64,000 nt of DNA from Candidatus Omnitrophota bacterium. GTDB taxonomy: Bacteria; Omnitrophota; Gorgyraeia; Zapsychrales; JAKLDJ01. Positions 1-9,324 of the stretch are shown in pieces. Made by a program: the position numbers and the translations under genes. Under the pieces are notes generated by a model. That model worked only from the letters and a program-made list of their open reading frames with translations. It was not told where the DNA came from and did not search any database. Numbering within the stretch: the first letter of the stretch is position 1; the number at the start of each line of letters is the position of its first letter. The stretch spans positions 740,006 to 804,005 of the forward strand of contig JAKLDJ010000001.1 in NCBI GenBank assembly GCA_022703585.1, given 5' to 3'.

Positions 1-24
1 TTATGCCGATGATGCGGGAAGACA

Positions 25-1386
25 TTGTCGACGCGATCGGGAAATATGTTGAGAAAAAGACGGAAACCCTGGGAGAATTTTCCCCGGGTCAGGCTAATAA
101 TCCTGCCGTTGACAAGAAGACCCCTTAAGGAGCGGCTGTTGGATAGTTTGCCCAGAACCAAAAAAATAGTTTTAGCCGAGAATGAGCCGGTTATTGTCGA
201 AATCCTGCCCCAGTTTTTAAAACCTATTGGCTACGAAGTTCTCATTGCCTCCGACGGCGCTATTGCCCTGGAGATGATCAAGCGCGAACTCCCCGATCTG
301 ATTATCGCGGATGGTGATTTGACGGGCATTGACGGTTTTGCCCTTTGTAAGATGCTAAAAAACGATTTTTTAACATCCTATATCCCTATCATTATTTTAA
401 TCGAGAAAAAACAGATTCGTCGAAGGCTTTTGGAAGTCAAAGAGGGCGTTGACGACTATATTATTAAACCCCCGGACCCGATTGATTTGGAGATTCGCCT
501 GGAGATGGCGCTTCGGCGCACGGACCATCACGTTCATGCCAATTCTTTAACGCGCCTTCCCGGCAATAAAGCGATTGAGAGCGAAAGCCGCATGCGGATA
601 AAAGACAATAATCCGTTTTCGTTTATCTATCTGGATATTGATAATTTTAAATCATTCAACGACACCTATGGATATCTGCGAGGGGACGGTGTGATTATGC
701 AGACGGCTCGTATCTTAACCGACAGCGTCAAGAAATGCGGCGATGAAGGCGATTTTGTCGGCCATGTCGGCGGGGATGATTTTGTCATTATCACAACTCC
801 AGAGAAAGAAAAAGTTATTGCCAAAGAAATTATCAAAGAATTCGACCGGCTGATTCCGCTCCATTACAATGAGCAGGACCGTGTCATAGGATACCTGGCT
901 GTTAAAGACAGGCAGGATAATGATATTAAGGCGCCTTTGATGTCGATCTCCATCGCTGTTGTTAACAATAAAACCAGTAAAATCCACAACGTATTGGAAT
1001 TGACTGAACTTGCCTCGGAAATCAAGCACCACTTAAAGACGATTACGGGCAGTAAGGTTTTAATCAACCGGCGCGGTGTAAGCAAAAGCAAGTTTGACCG
1101 GGCGCACGCCGGCGACAAAGATCACAAAGAGCACAGGGATCACAAGGAAGGCCTTCCCGCCAAAGAGGATCCGGATACGCTCCCTATCGGCCAGCTCCTT
1201 TTGAGGGCTAAGTTAATTGATGATAACCAACTGACAGAAGCCTTGTTCGAGCACTGGTCTTCACGCCAGCTTTTAGGCCAGACCCTGGTCAAGATGGGGC
1301 TTATTACTCAGGAAGATCTGGCGCCCTTTATAGAGAGGTGTCAGAAAATAAATAGCCAAAAACCTCCGAAATTCGAGCATAAATAG
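25..1386 (+). CDS. Response regulator: REC receiver + degenerate GGDEF domain (GGDDF) + C-terminal tandem MshEN / T2SS-E N-terminal-type motif
   Basis: REC-like segment KKIVLAENEPVIVEIL...LIIADGDLTGIDGF...YIIKP. GGDEF fold: NSLTRLPGNK, FIYLDIDNFKSFNDTYGY, GHVGGDDFVII. The C-terminus carries two 24-aa motifs, IGQLLLRAKLIDDNQLTEALFEH and LLGQTLVKMGLITQEDLAPFIERCQ, which fit the MshEN c-di-GMP-binding pattern (RLGxxLLxxGLIxxxxLxxALxxQ). The true start is uncertain: the receiver begins about 50 codons into the ORF. Confidence 0.7.
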   Translation: MSTRSGNMLRKRRKPWENFPRVRLIILPLTRRPLKERLLDSLPRTKKIVLAENEPVIVEILPQFLKPIGYEVLIASDGAIALEMIKRELPDLIIADGDLTGIDGFALCKMLKNDFLTSYIPIIILIEKKQIRRRLLEVKEGVDDYIIKPPDPIDLEIRLEMALRRTDHHVHANSLTRLPGNKAIESESRMRIKDNNPFSFIYLDIDNFKSFNDTYGYLRGDGVIMQTARILTDSVKKCGDEGDFVGHVGGDDFVIITTPEKEKVIAKEIIKEFDRLIPLHYNEQDRVIGYLAVKDRQDNDIKAPLMSISIAVVNNKTSKIHNVLELTELASEIKHHLKTITGSKVLINRRGVSKSKFDRAHAGDKDHKEHRDHKEGLPAKEDPDTLPIGQLLLRAKLIDDNQLTEALFEHWSSRQLLGQTLVKMGLITQEDLAPFIERCQKINSQKPPKFEHK

Positions 1387-1461
1387 CATAAGATATTGTA
1401 TTGCAATAGCTTATATCCTTGATATTTAATCAATTTTTATTGCCTGTTTTGATGTTTTTGT

Positions 1462-1490
1462 TTGACCTTACCATTGATTTCTGCTATATT
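1462..1490 (+). promoter_or_regulatory. Sigma70-like promoter upstream of purB (TTGACC-17-TATATT)
   Basis: TTGACC at 1462-1467, a 17-nt spacer, TATATT at 1485-1490. An AGGAG ribosome-binding site precedes the purB ATG at 1546. Confidence 0.5.
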
Positions 1491-1545
1491 AGTGAAGTTC
1501 AATTTTGGACAATAGCGATCAATAGACGATAAAGGAGCCGGAGAC

Positions 1546-2838
1546 ATGATCGAACGATACACCTTATCAAAGATGGGCAACGTATGGTCAGAGAAGCATA
1601 AGATGGACATTATGCTCAAAATAGAAATTCTTGCCTGTGAGGCCATGACAAAGCTGGGGATGATTCCTAAGCCTGCCATGGAGAAGATCAGAAAGAAGGC
1701 AAAGTTTGATATTGATGAGGTCAAAAGAATTGAAGAGAAAACCAAGCACGATGTTGTCGCCTTTATCGTTAACGTCGGTGAAAACTTAGGCCCGGAATCA
1801 CGTTATCTTCATATGGGGCTTACCTCTTCGGATCTTCTGGACACGTCTCTCTCCGTTCAGTGCTTAGAGGCCAGCGATATCTTGATTGCCGATGTAAAAA
1901 AACTTCTGAATGTCCTTAAAGAGAAAATAAAAAAATATAAAGATACCGTTTGTGTGGCTCGTACCCATGGTGTTCACGCGGAGCCGATGACTTTTGGGTT
2001 GAAATTAGCTGTCTGGTATGACGAGATGCGACGGAATCTTGAGCGCCTGGAACAGGCTCGCGAAAACATACGCGTCGGTAAATTATCCGGTGCCGTCGGG
2101 ACTTTTGCCAATATTGATCCCTTCGTCGAGGAATATGTCTGCGAAAAACTTAACCTGAAGCCTTCGAATATTGCCAACCAGATTATCCAGAGAGACCACC
2201 ATTGCTTTTTCTTGATGGTCCTGGCCTTGATCGGTTCTTCTTTAAATAAATTTGCCACCGAGATAAGGCTGCTGCAGAAGACGGAAGTCCTTGAAGTCGA
2301 AGAGCCGTTTTTTAAAGGGCAGATAGGTTCTTCCGCGATGCCGCATAAACGGAACCCAATTGTCTGCGAGCGCGTTTGCGGTATGTCGCGGATACTGCGC
2401 GGTAACGTGCAGGTTGCTTTTGAAGACATGACCCTTTGGCATGAGCGGGATATCAGCCATTCTTCCGCCGAAAGGATGATTTTGCCGGATAGTACCATTA
2501 TCTTGAATTATATTCTGACAAAATTTACCTCGGTCTTAGAAGGGTTGTTGGTTTATCCCAAGAATATGATTGTCAGCCTTACCAAAACGCGGGGCCTTAT
2601 TCACTCTCAGCGGGTTTTGTTGGAATTAATGAAAAAAGGCCTTACTCGCGACGAGGCTTATGAGATTATCCAGCATTGTGCTATGCAGGTCTGGCAGGAG
2701 ACTTCTGATTTTAAGGATGTGCTTTACCGCGACCGCAAGGTCAGAAAGCACTTGACTACCAATGAGATCGACGCCTGTTTTGATATCAAATATTACATCA
2801 GGCACAGGGATAAGATCTTTAAGAAGGTAGGACTTTAA
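1546..2838 (+). CDS. purB: Adenylosuccinate lyase
   Basis: Full-length 430 aa lyase class I fold. The N-terminus MIERYTLSKMGNVWSEKHK and the SSAMPHKRNP signature are typical of PurB. Confidence 0.9.
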   Translation: MIERYTLSKMGNVWSEKHKMDIMLKIEILACEAMTKLGMIPKPAMEKIRKKAKFDIDEVKRIEEKTKHDVVAFIVNVGENLGPESRYLHMGLTSSDLLDTSLSVQCLEASDILIADVKKLLNVLKEKIKKYKDTVCVARTHGVHAEPMTFGLKLAVWYDEMRRNLERLEQARENIRVGKLSGAVGTFANIDPFVEEYVCEKLNLKPSNIANQIIQRDHHCFFLMVLALIGSSLNKFATEIRLLQKTEVLEVEEPFFKGQIGSSAMPHKRNPIVCERVCGMSRILRGNVQVAFEDMTLWHERDISHSSAERMILPDSTIILNYILTKFTSVLEGLLVYPKNMIVSLTKTRGLIHSQRVLLELMKKGLTRDEAYEIIQHCAMQVWQETSDFKDVLYRDRKVRKHLTTNEIDACFDIKYYIRHRDKIFKKVGL

Positions 2839-2875
2839 TACAGCCGTTTAACTTTATTTTACGATAGGATGAATC

Positions 2876-3580
2876 ATGGAAAAAGGAAAGAAGATTTACG
2901 AAGGCAAGGCCAAGATACTCTACGAGACCGATTCGCCGGATTATCTTATTCAATATTTCAAAGACGATGCCACTGCGTTTAACGCGGCCAAAAAGGGGAC
3001 GATCAACCAAAAAGGGGTTGTCAATAATAAGATCTCAACCAAGATCTTTGAATTCCTGGAGACCAAAGGGATCCCGACCCATTTTGAAAAGATGCTCAAT
3101 GACCGGGATATGCTGGTTAAGAAAGTAACTATCTTTCCCTTAGAGGTTATTATCCGTAATGTGGCGGCCGGTTCTCTTTCGAAGATTTTAAATATCCCGG
3201 AAGGGACAAAGCTGGCATGCCCGGTTTTGGAATTCTGTTATAAGGCCGATAGCTTAAATGACCCAATGATTAACGAATACCATATCCGCGCCTTGGGGTT
3301 GGCCACTGAAGAAGAGCTGGAGACTGTCAAGAAATACACATTCCAGATTAATGAGTTGATGAAGAAATTCTTTGCGGCTATCGGGGTGGATCTGATTGAT
3401 TTTAAGATAGAATTCGGCAAATTTAAAGGCAAGATTATTTTGGCCGATGAAATCTCCCCGGACACATGCCGGCTTTGGGAGAAAGAGACAGGAAGGAAAC
3501 TCGACAAGGATCGTTTCCGTCGGGATTTAGGCGGTATCGAAGAGGCCTATCAGGAAATTTTAAGCCGGGTTACTAAATAA
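2876..3580 (+). CDS. purC: Phosphoribosylaminoimidazole-succinocarboxamide (SAICAR) synthase
   Basis: 234 aa. N-terminus KIYEGKAKILYETD and LIDFKIEFG are typical of PurC. Confidence 0.9.
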   Translation: MEKGKKIYEGKAKILYETDSPDYLIQYFKDDATAFNAAKKGTINQKGVVNNKISTKIFEFLETKGIPTHFEKMLNDRDMLVKKVTIFPLEVIIRNVAAGSLSKILNIPEGTKLACPVLEFCYKADSLNDPMINEYHIRALGLATEEELETVKKYTFQINELMKKFFAAIGVDLIDFKIEFGKFKGKIILADEISPDTCRLWEKETGRKLDKDRFRRDLGGIEEAYQEILSRVTK

Positions 3581-3760
3581 GGCGCCGAGATTTTTAAGCG
3601 GTCTTATCGATGAACCGGACAAATTTCTTTATCGGTTAGCCGGGGCAAATAAATCCGATCCGCGTTTTTTGCGCTTATAATAGAGCAGTAAAATCGCTCA
3701 TTCCTTTTAGGTATTTCCAGTGAACAATTCCGCAATCCGTTCTAAAGCATCACACACATC

Positions 3761-6712
3761 ATGATCTGGCGCGTTGAAATTAAAGATAAGGAGGGCATTT
3801 TTGACGCCCTTGGAGCCGGGGTCGAGAAAGACATTCTTGACCTGGGAGTCAAGTCGGTTTCAAAAGTGCGGGTGATCCAGGTCTATACCATCGAGGGTGA
3901 TATCACCCAGGCGCAGGTCCAAAGAATTTGTGAAGAACTTTTAATCGACAAGGTTATTCAGGATTATTCCTACGGCCCGGCCGGTAAAATTCCTGTCAGT
4001 ACAAAATCCGAAGACTTTAAAGTAGCCGAAATCGCCTATAATCCCGGAGTCATGGATCCGGTCGAGGAATCGACCCTTAAGGGTATTCGTGATTTGGGCA
4101 TCGAAAAGGTTGATTCGGTACGCACTGCCAAGAAATATCTTCTTTTTGGAAATCTCTCCGATCAAGAGTTCGAAATCATTGTTAATAAAACTCTTTCCAA
4201 CAAACTCATTCAGCACGCCGTAGATTATTCGCATGCGGATAAGAAAAAAACTGCCCCGGATTTTAACGGCACCCAAGCTGATATTGTCCGGGTGAGCCTG
4301 CGTTCTGCCGGCGATAAAGAATTGCTCAAATTAAGCCAGAAGGGGCAGCTTTTTTTAAGCATCGGGGAGATGCGCGCTATCAAGAAATATTTTCAGAAAA
4401 TTGGCAAGGACCCGACCGATTGCGAACTTGAGACGATCGCCCAGACCTGGAGCGAGCACTGCGTTCACAAAACATTCCGGGGCAATATCCGCTTTCATTA
4501 TTTTGAGAACGGAAAGAAGAAGGCGAGGCTGATCAACAATTTATTGAAATCCACCATCGTCAAAGCGACCAAGACGCTTAACAAATCCTGGTGCCTGTCG
4601 GTCTTTCACGACAATGCCGGTGTTATTAAATTTGACGACAAGGATTGTGTCTGTTTTAAAGTCGAGACCCATAATCATCCCAGCGCCCTGGAGCCCTTTG
4701 GCGGCGCCAATACCGGTATCGGCGGCGTTATCAGGGATATCTTGGGGACGGGTTTGGGCGCGCGGCCGATTTGTAACACTGATATTTTTTGTTTCGCCCC
4801 ACCGGATTTTCCTTTTGAAAAACTTCCTCAAGGCGCGCTGCATCCAAAACGTATTATGAAAGGGGTGGTCAGTGGCGTGCGCGATTACGGCAATAAAATG
4901 GGAATTCCGACCGTGAACGGCGCTATTCTTTTTGATGAACGGTTTGTGGGAAACCCGCTTGTTTACTGCGGGACTGTCGGCATCATGCCCAACGACAAAG
5001 TTAAGAAAGCTGTTTGTAAAAATGACCTGGTTGTTGTCGTCGGAGGCCGTACCGGCCGCGACGGGATTCACGGGGCGACATTTTCCTCCGGAGAATTGAC
5101 GCATGAATCCGAGGTTGTCTCCTCGGGCGCAGTCCAGATCGGCAATCCGATCCAGGAAAAAAAGGTCTTGGACGCGCTCATGCAGGCGCGGGACAAGAAC
5201 CTTTATTCGGCTATCACTGATTGCGGCGCGGGCGGGTTATCAAGCGCGGTAGGCGAGATGGGAAAAGATTTAGGCGCGCGTATTGATTTGGAAAAAGTCC
5301 CCCTGAAATATAAAGGCTTGTCTTACAAGGAAATTTGGATATCTGAATCGCAGGAGCGGATGGTTTTATCCGTCCATAAAAGCAAGATTGATAGCCTTTT
5401 GAAAGTTTTTAACGATGAAAACGTCGAGGCAACAGTCATTGGTGAGTTTACTGGCACGGGTTATCTGGAATTATTCTTTAGCGGCCGCCCGGTGTGCAGT
5501 CTTGATATGAAATTCTTACACGACGGTCTGCCCCGGCTGACCAAAGAGGCCGTTTGGGCTCAGCCCAAGCACAAAGAGGCGCATTTTAGCTGCCCGGCTG
5601 ATTTAACCGATTCTCTAAAACGGGCGCTATCGCATTACAATGTTTGTTCCAAAGAATGGGTTATACGCCAGTATGATCACGAGGTCCAGGGCGCGGGTGT
5701 TGTTAAGTCTTTAACGGGAGTGGACTGTGAAGGCCCGAGCGATGCCAGCGTATTGCGGCCGAAACTGAATTCATCAAAAGGCATTGCCATCTCCAACGGC
5801 ATTAACATCCGCTTTGGCATGATCGATCCTTTTTGGATGTCCGCGTCCTGTATCGACGAGGCCGTACGGCAGATTATCGCGGTGGGGGGTAGTTTAAAAC
5901 AAATCGCGATCCTGGATAATTTCTGCTGGGGAAATCCGGACAAGGCTGATCGACTGGGTTCTTTAGTCAGGGCTTCCGAAGGCTGCCTGGCGGCGTCGCT
6001 GGGCTACAAAGTTCCTTTTATTTCCGGTAAAGACAGTTTATACAACGAATACGCCGTCAACCCCTCGACTACGCTCGGGGCGGGCGGGAAGTCGTTGGCG
6101 ATTCCCGGGACCATTCTTATTTCGGCTATCGGTATTCTTGATGATGTCAATCGAGCCGTGACTATGGATTTTAAAAAAGAGGGGAGCCTGGTTTATATTA
6201 TCGGCGAGACATCCGACGAATTAGGCGGGTCGATATATTTTGACAATAACGGCCTTGTGGGCAACAGTGTGCCGAAGGTTGATTTCAAAAAAGGAACAAA
6301 GATTTTTGAGACAGTCTCAAAAGCAGCCCAAAAAGGTTTGCTGGCGGCCTGTCATGATTGCTCCGAAGGAGGCTTGGCGGTTACCTTGGCCGAAATGGCA
6401 TTTAGCGGCGGGCTGGGCGCGACGGTATTCTTAAAAGAAGTTATCTGCAAGCTCAAAGCTCAAAGCTCAAGGCTCAAAGCCCTGAGAAATGATTTCATTC
6501 TTTTCTCGGAGTCCAATTCGCGTTTTGTTGTCGAGGTAGAAAGAAAGAATCAGAAAGATTTCGAAAAGCTATTTAAAGGAATTCCTTTAGGTCTCATTGG
6601 CTGCACTCAGGAGCAGAAGAAAATAACGATTTATGGATTAGACGGCAAGGCTTGTCTGAGCGCTGATACGGACTCTCTTAAGGAATCTTGGCAGAAGCCA
6701 TTGCGCTGGTAA
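3761..6712 (+). CDS. purL: Fused PurS-PurL phosphoribosylformylglycinamidine synthase (subunit II with N-terminal PurS domain)
   Basis: The first ~80 aa (MIWRVEIKDKEGIFDALGAGVEKDILDLGV...VIQDYSY) resemble PurS. The rest is the PurL/AIRS-like duplicated fold (HNHPSALEPFGGANTGIGGVIRD). Confidence 0.88.
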   Translation: MIWRVEIKDKEGIFDALGAGVEKDILDLGVKSVSKVRVIQVYTIEGDITQAQVQRICEELLIDKVIQDYSYGPAGKIPVSTKSEDFKVAEIAYNPGVMDPVEESTLKGIRDLGIEKVDSVRTAKKYLLFGNLSDQEFEIIVNKTLSNKLIQHAVDYSHADKKKTAPDFNGTQADIVRVSLRSAGDKELLKLSQKGQLFLSIGEMRAIKKYFQKIGKDPTDCELETIAQTWSEHCVHKTFRGNIRFHYFENGKKKARLINNLLKSTIVKATKTLNKSWCLSVFHDNAGVIKFDDKDCVCFKVETHNHPSALEPFGGANTGIGGVIRDILGTGLGARPICNTDIFCFAPPDFPFEKLPQGALHPKRIMKGVVSGVRDYGNKMGIPTVNGAILFDERFVGNPLVYCGTVGIMPNDKVKKAVCKNDLVVVVGGRTGRDGIHGATFSSGELTHESEVVSSGAVQIGNPIQEKKVLDALMQARDKNLYSAITDCGAGGLSSAVGEMGKDLGARIDLEKVPLKYKGLSYKEIWISESQERMVLSVHKSKIDSLLKVFNDENVEATVIGEFTGTGYLELFFSGRPVCSLDMKFLHDGLPRLTKEAVWAQPKHKEAHFSCPADLTDSLKRALSHYNVCSKEWVIRQYDHEVQGAGVVKSLTGVDCEGPSDASVLRPKLNSSKGIAISNGINIRFGMIDPFWMSASCIDEAVRQIIAVGGSLKQIAILDNFCWGNPDKADRLGSLVRASEGCLAASLGYKVPFISGKDSLYNEYAVNPSTTLGAGGKSLAIPGTILISAIGILDDVNRAVTMDFKKEGSLVYIIGETSDELGGSIYFDNNGLVGNSVPKVDFKKGTKIFETVSKAAQKGLLAACHDCSEGGLAVTLAEMAFSGGLGATVFLKEVICKLKAQSSRLKALRNDFILFSESNSRFVVEVERKNQKDFEKLFKGIPLGLIGCTQEQKKITIYGLDGKACLSADTDSLKESWQKPLRW
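6451..6478 (+). repeat. 4 tandem copies of heptamer GCTCAAR inside the purL coding sequence
   Basis: gctcaaa gctcaaa gctcaag gctcaaa read directly from the sequence. It encodes ...CKLKAQSSRLKAL..., which looks like an insertion relative to canonical PurL. Confidence 0.8.
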
Positions 6713-6808
6713 AGGTTCCGTTATCGGCCTAAGGGTGTTAGAATATAGGCTCTGGGGAAACTTAAAAGACCCATCAGTGTTGATCTATCCAACAAAAAGG
6801 GGCGAGGA

Positions 6809-7492
6809 ATGAAAAAAAGACGCAATGCAAAACCGGATTTTATCAAAGAGGACCCGTGGCGGGTATTTCGCATCATGGCGGAGTTTGTGGACGGATTCGA
6901 TGTCTTGTCCAAGGTGGGGCCGGCGATAACGATCTTTGGTTCAGCCCGAACCCCTGCGGAACATCCGATGTATAAGCTGGCGGTGCGCACTGCCTATCTT
7001 TTAAGCAAAGAAGGCTACTCGATCATTACCGGCGGTGGGCCCGGGATTATGGAGGCTGCCAATAAAGGGGCCAAATTGGCCAAAGGGCAATCGGTGGGGC
7101 TTAATATCGAACTTCCTCACGAGCAGAAACCGAATCCGTATATCAATACCCTTTTAAATTTTCATTATTTCTTTTGCCGGAAAGTCATGTTTGTCAAATA
7201 TGCGCGGGCCTTTGTTATTTTTCCGGGCGGGTTTGGAACGCTGGATGAATTCTTTGAGAGTATTACCCTGGTCCAGACAAAACGTATCGGCCGGTTTCCG
7301 GTTATTTTAGTCGGCAGAAAATACTGGCGCGGCATGCTGGGCTGGCTCAAGGGTGTTGTTTTAGAAGAAGGCTGCATCAATCAGGATGATTACGACGCAT
7401 TTCAAATCGTCGATAAACCCCAGGAAGTTGTGGATATTATCAAGAAATTCTACAGGAAAAACAACTGGGCGGATCTTCAAGACGTTAATTAA
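6809..7492 (+). CDS. LOG-family nucleotide 5'-monophosphate nucleosidase (TIGR00730 / lysine decarboxylase-like)
   Basis: GGGPGIMEAANKGA and PGGFGTLDEFFE motifs define the LOG/PpnN family. Confidence 0.85.
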   Translation: MKKRRNAKPDFIKEDPWRVFRIMAEFVDGFDVLSKVGPAITIFGSARTPAEHPMYKLAVRTAYLLSKEGYSIITGGGPGIMEAANKGAKLAKGQSVGLNIELPHEQKPNPYINTLLNFHYFFCRKVMFVKYARAFVIFPGGFGTLDEFFESITLVQTKRIGRFPVILVGRKYWRGMLGWLKGVVLEEGCINQDDYDAFQIVDKPQEVVDIIKKFYRKNNWADLQDVN

Positions 7493-7516
7493 CGTTTAAA
7501 ATATTAGGCGGAATAG

Positions 7517-8326
7517 ATGTCCAAGAAAGTTAAAGTCATTGTTTTAAGAACAGCCGGCACGAATTGTGACGCGGAAACGGTGTTTGCTTTTAAAAGTGTC
7601 GGTGCCGACGTTGACTTGTTTCATGTTAACAAATTCATAAAAAAAGAAAAAAGCTTAGACGACTATCATATTTTGGCTATTCCCGGCGGGTTTAGTTACG
7701 GCGATGATATTGCGGCGGGAAAGATTTTGGCGAATGAACTGCGCGTAAAGCTGGGTAGTTCGCTTAAAAAGTTTATTGCCGACGGGAAACTGATCATCGG
7801 TATTTGTAACGGCTTTCAGATCATGGTCAAGGCCGGATTATTGCCGGGAAATTTAAACGGTTCGGCGGATTCCGGTGATTTTAAACAGACGGCAACCCTG
7901 ATGGTCAATGATTGCGGAAAATTCGAGGACCGTTGGATATTCTTAAAATCTTCGGGGAAGTGTGTTTGGACTAAAGGAATGGATAAAGTCATTTCGCTTC
8001 CTGTCGCTCACGGCGAAGGAAAATTTATCGCGCAGGATGAAATGGCCTTAAAGAAACTGAAAGAAAACAACCAAATCGTTTTCCGTTATTGTGATGCCGC
8101 GGGGCAGAAGCCGAAATACCCGCAGAATCCTAACGGCTCCGTTGACGATATTGCCGGTATTTGTGATATAAGCGGGCGTATCTTCGGGCTTATGCCGCAC
8201 CCGGAGAGGCATTTCCTTTTTACCCAACATCCCAGCTGGACGAGGGAAAGGAAGAAATCAAAATACGGCGATGGGGCGATTGTTTTTCAAAACGGCGTCG
8301 ATTACGTGAAGGAGAAACTTTTATAA
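7517..8326 (+). CDS. purQ: Phosphoribosylformylglycinamidine synthase glutaminase subunit
   Basis: IPGGFSYGDDIAAGKILA and the nucleophile motif GICNGFQIM. Confidence 0.85.
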   Translation: MSKKVKVIVLRTAGTNCDAETVFAFKSVGADVDLFHVNKFIKKEKSLDDYHILAIPGGFSYGDDIAAGKILANELRVKLGSSLKKFIADGKLIIGICNGFQIMVKAGLLPGNLNGSADSGDFKQTATLMVNDCGKFEDRWIFLKSSGKCVWTKGMDKVISLPVAHGEGKFIAQDEMALKKLKENNQIVFRYCDAAGQKPKYPQNPNGSVDDIAGICDISGRIFGLMPHPERHFLFTQHPSWTRERKKSKYGDGAIVFQNGVDYVKEKLL

Positions 8327-9324
8327 TGAAACAGTCCATGACCTATAAAAAGAGCGGAGTCGATATTAAGCAGGCTGATGTTTTCGTCAAGGGTATTCAA
8401 GGTTTGATGAAGCAGACCATGAATGCCTCGGTTCTTTGCAAGCACAAGGCCTTTGGTTCGCTCTTTGCCCTGGATAAGAAGAAATTCAAAAACCCCGTCT
8501 TAGTCTCTTCAACCGACGGGGTAGGGACAAAACTCCTTATTGCTAAACACGCCAACAAACACGACACCGTCGGCATTGATCTGGTTGCGATGAATGTTAA
8601 CGACGTTTTGTGCACAGGGGCAAGGCCTTTATTTTTCCTGGATTATATTGCCTGCGGCCAGGTAAAGCCTCAGCTTTTAAAAGAAGTCGTTAAAGGAATC
8701 GCGATAGGCTGCCGTCAGGCGGGTTGCAGTCTTATTGGCGGGGAAACTGCCGAAATGCCCGGGATTTATAAGAAAGATGACTATGATTTGGCTGGTTTTA
8801 CGGTTGGCATTGTCGAAAAAGATAAAATTATCGACGGCTCAAAGATTGAACGCGGCGATATTTTAATCGGGGTTGAATCTAGTGGGTTACATTCAAACGG
8901 ATTTTCTTTGGTGCGCAAAGTGTTTTCTTTGCCCCACCAAAAACGGCTGGCCAAAGAACTTTTAAAGCCGACACGGATTTATGTTAAGGAAATTTTACCG
9001 CTTATCGAGAAATTTAATATTAAAGGCATTGCCCATATTACGGGGGGAGCGTTTTACGAGAAATTAACCAAGATCATTCCCGAGGGAAAGTGCTGTTTGG
9101 TTTATAAGGGCAGCTGGCCGGTGCCGAAAATATTTCAGACGATTCAAGCCAAAGGCAATGTCCCCGAAAGGGAGATGTTTACCACCTTTAATATGGGCAT
9201 CGGATTGGTTTTGATTGTTCAGCCCAAAGACGTTGCGGGCATCCAGAGATTCTTAGCCGGGAAGGGTTTAAAATCCTGGAAAATCGGTTCGATTATTAAC
9301 AACAAAAATAAAATTATCTTATGA
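8326..9324 (+). CDS. purM: Phosphoribosylformylglycinamidine cyclo-ligase (AIR synthetase)
   Basis: MTYKKSGVDIKQAD..., DGVGTKLLIA, AIRS N/C domains. Confidence 0.9.
   Translation: MKQSMTYKKSGVDIKQADVFVKGIQGLMKQTMNASVLCKHKAFGSLFALDKKKFKNPVLVSSTDGVGTKLLIAKHANKHDTVGIDLVAMNVNDVLCTGARPLFFLDYIACGQVKPQLLKEVVKGIAIGCRQAGCSLIGGETAEMPGIYKKDDYDLAGFTVGIVEKDKIIDGSKIERGDILIGVESSGLHSNGFSLVRKVFSLPHQKRLAKELLKPTRIYVKEILPLIEKFNIKGIAHITGGAFYEKLTKIIPEGKCCLVYKGSWPVPKIFQTIQAKGNVPEREMFTTFNMGIGLVLIVQPKDVAGIQRFLAGKGLKSWKIGSIINNKNKIIL

Noticed and set aside
715-1118. Minus-strand ORFs (105 aa, 84 aa) inside the response-regulator gene
   Set aside because: They lie entirely within a well-supported plus-strand CDS and have no ribosome-binding site or recognisable motif. 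These are shadow ORFs.
1491-1545. Possible purine riboswitch in the purB leader
   Set aside because: The 5' UTR after the predicted -10 is only about 50 nt and lacks the conserved purine-riboswitch junction sequences.
4541-5104. 187-aa minus-strand ORF and 81-aa plus-strand ORF inside purL
   Set aside because: They are embedded in the conserved PurL coding region and their translations are low-complexity (Ala/Gly/Arg-rich), typical of antisense frames in GC-richer segments.
6448-6482. Tandem heptamer repeat considered as a CRISPR or intergenic minisatellite
   Set aside because: It is short (4 units), has no spacers, and lies in-frame within purL. It is kept only as an intragenic simple-sequence repeat.
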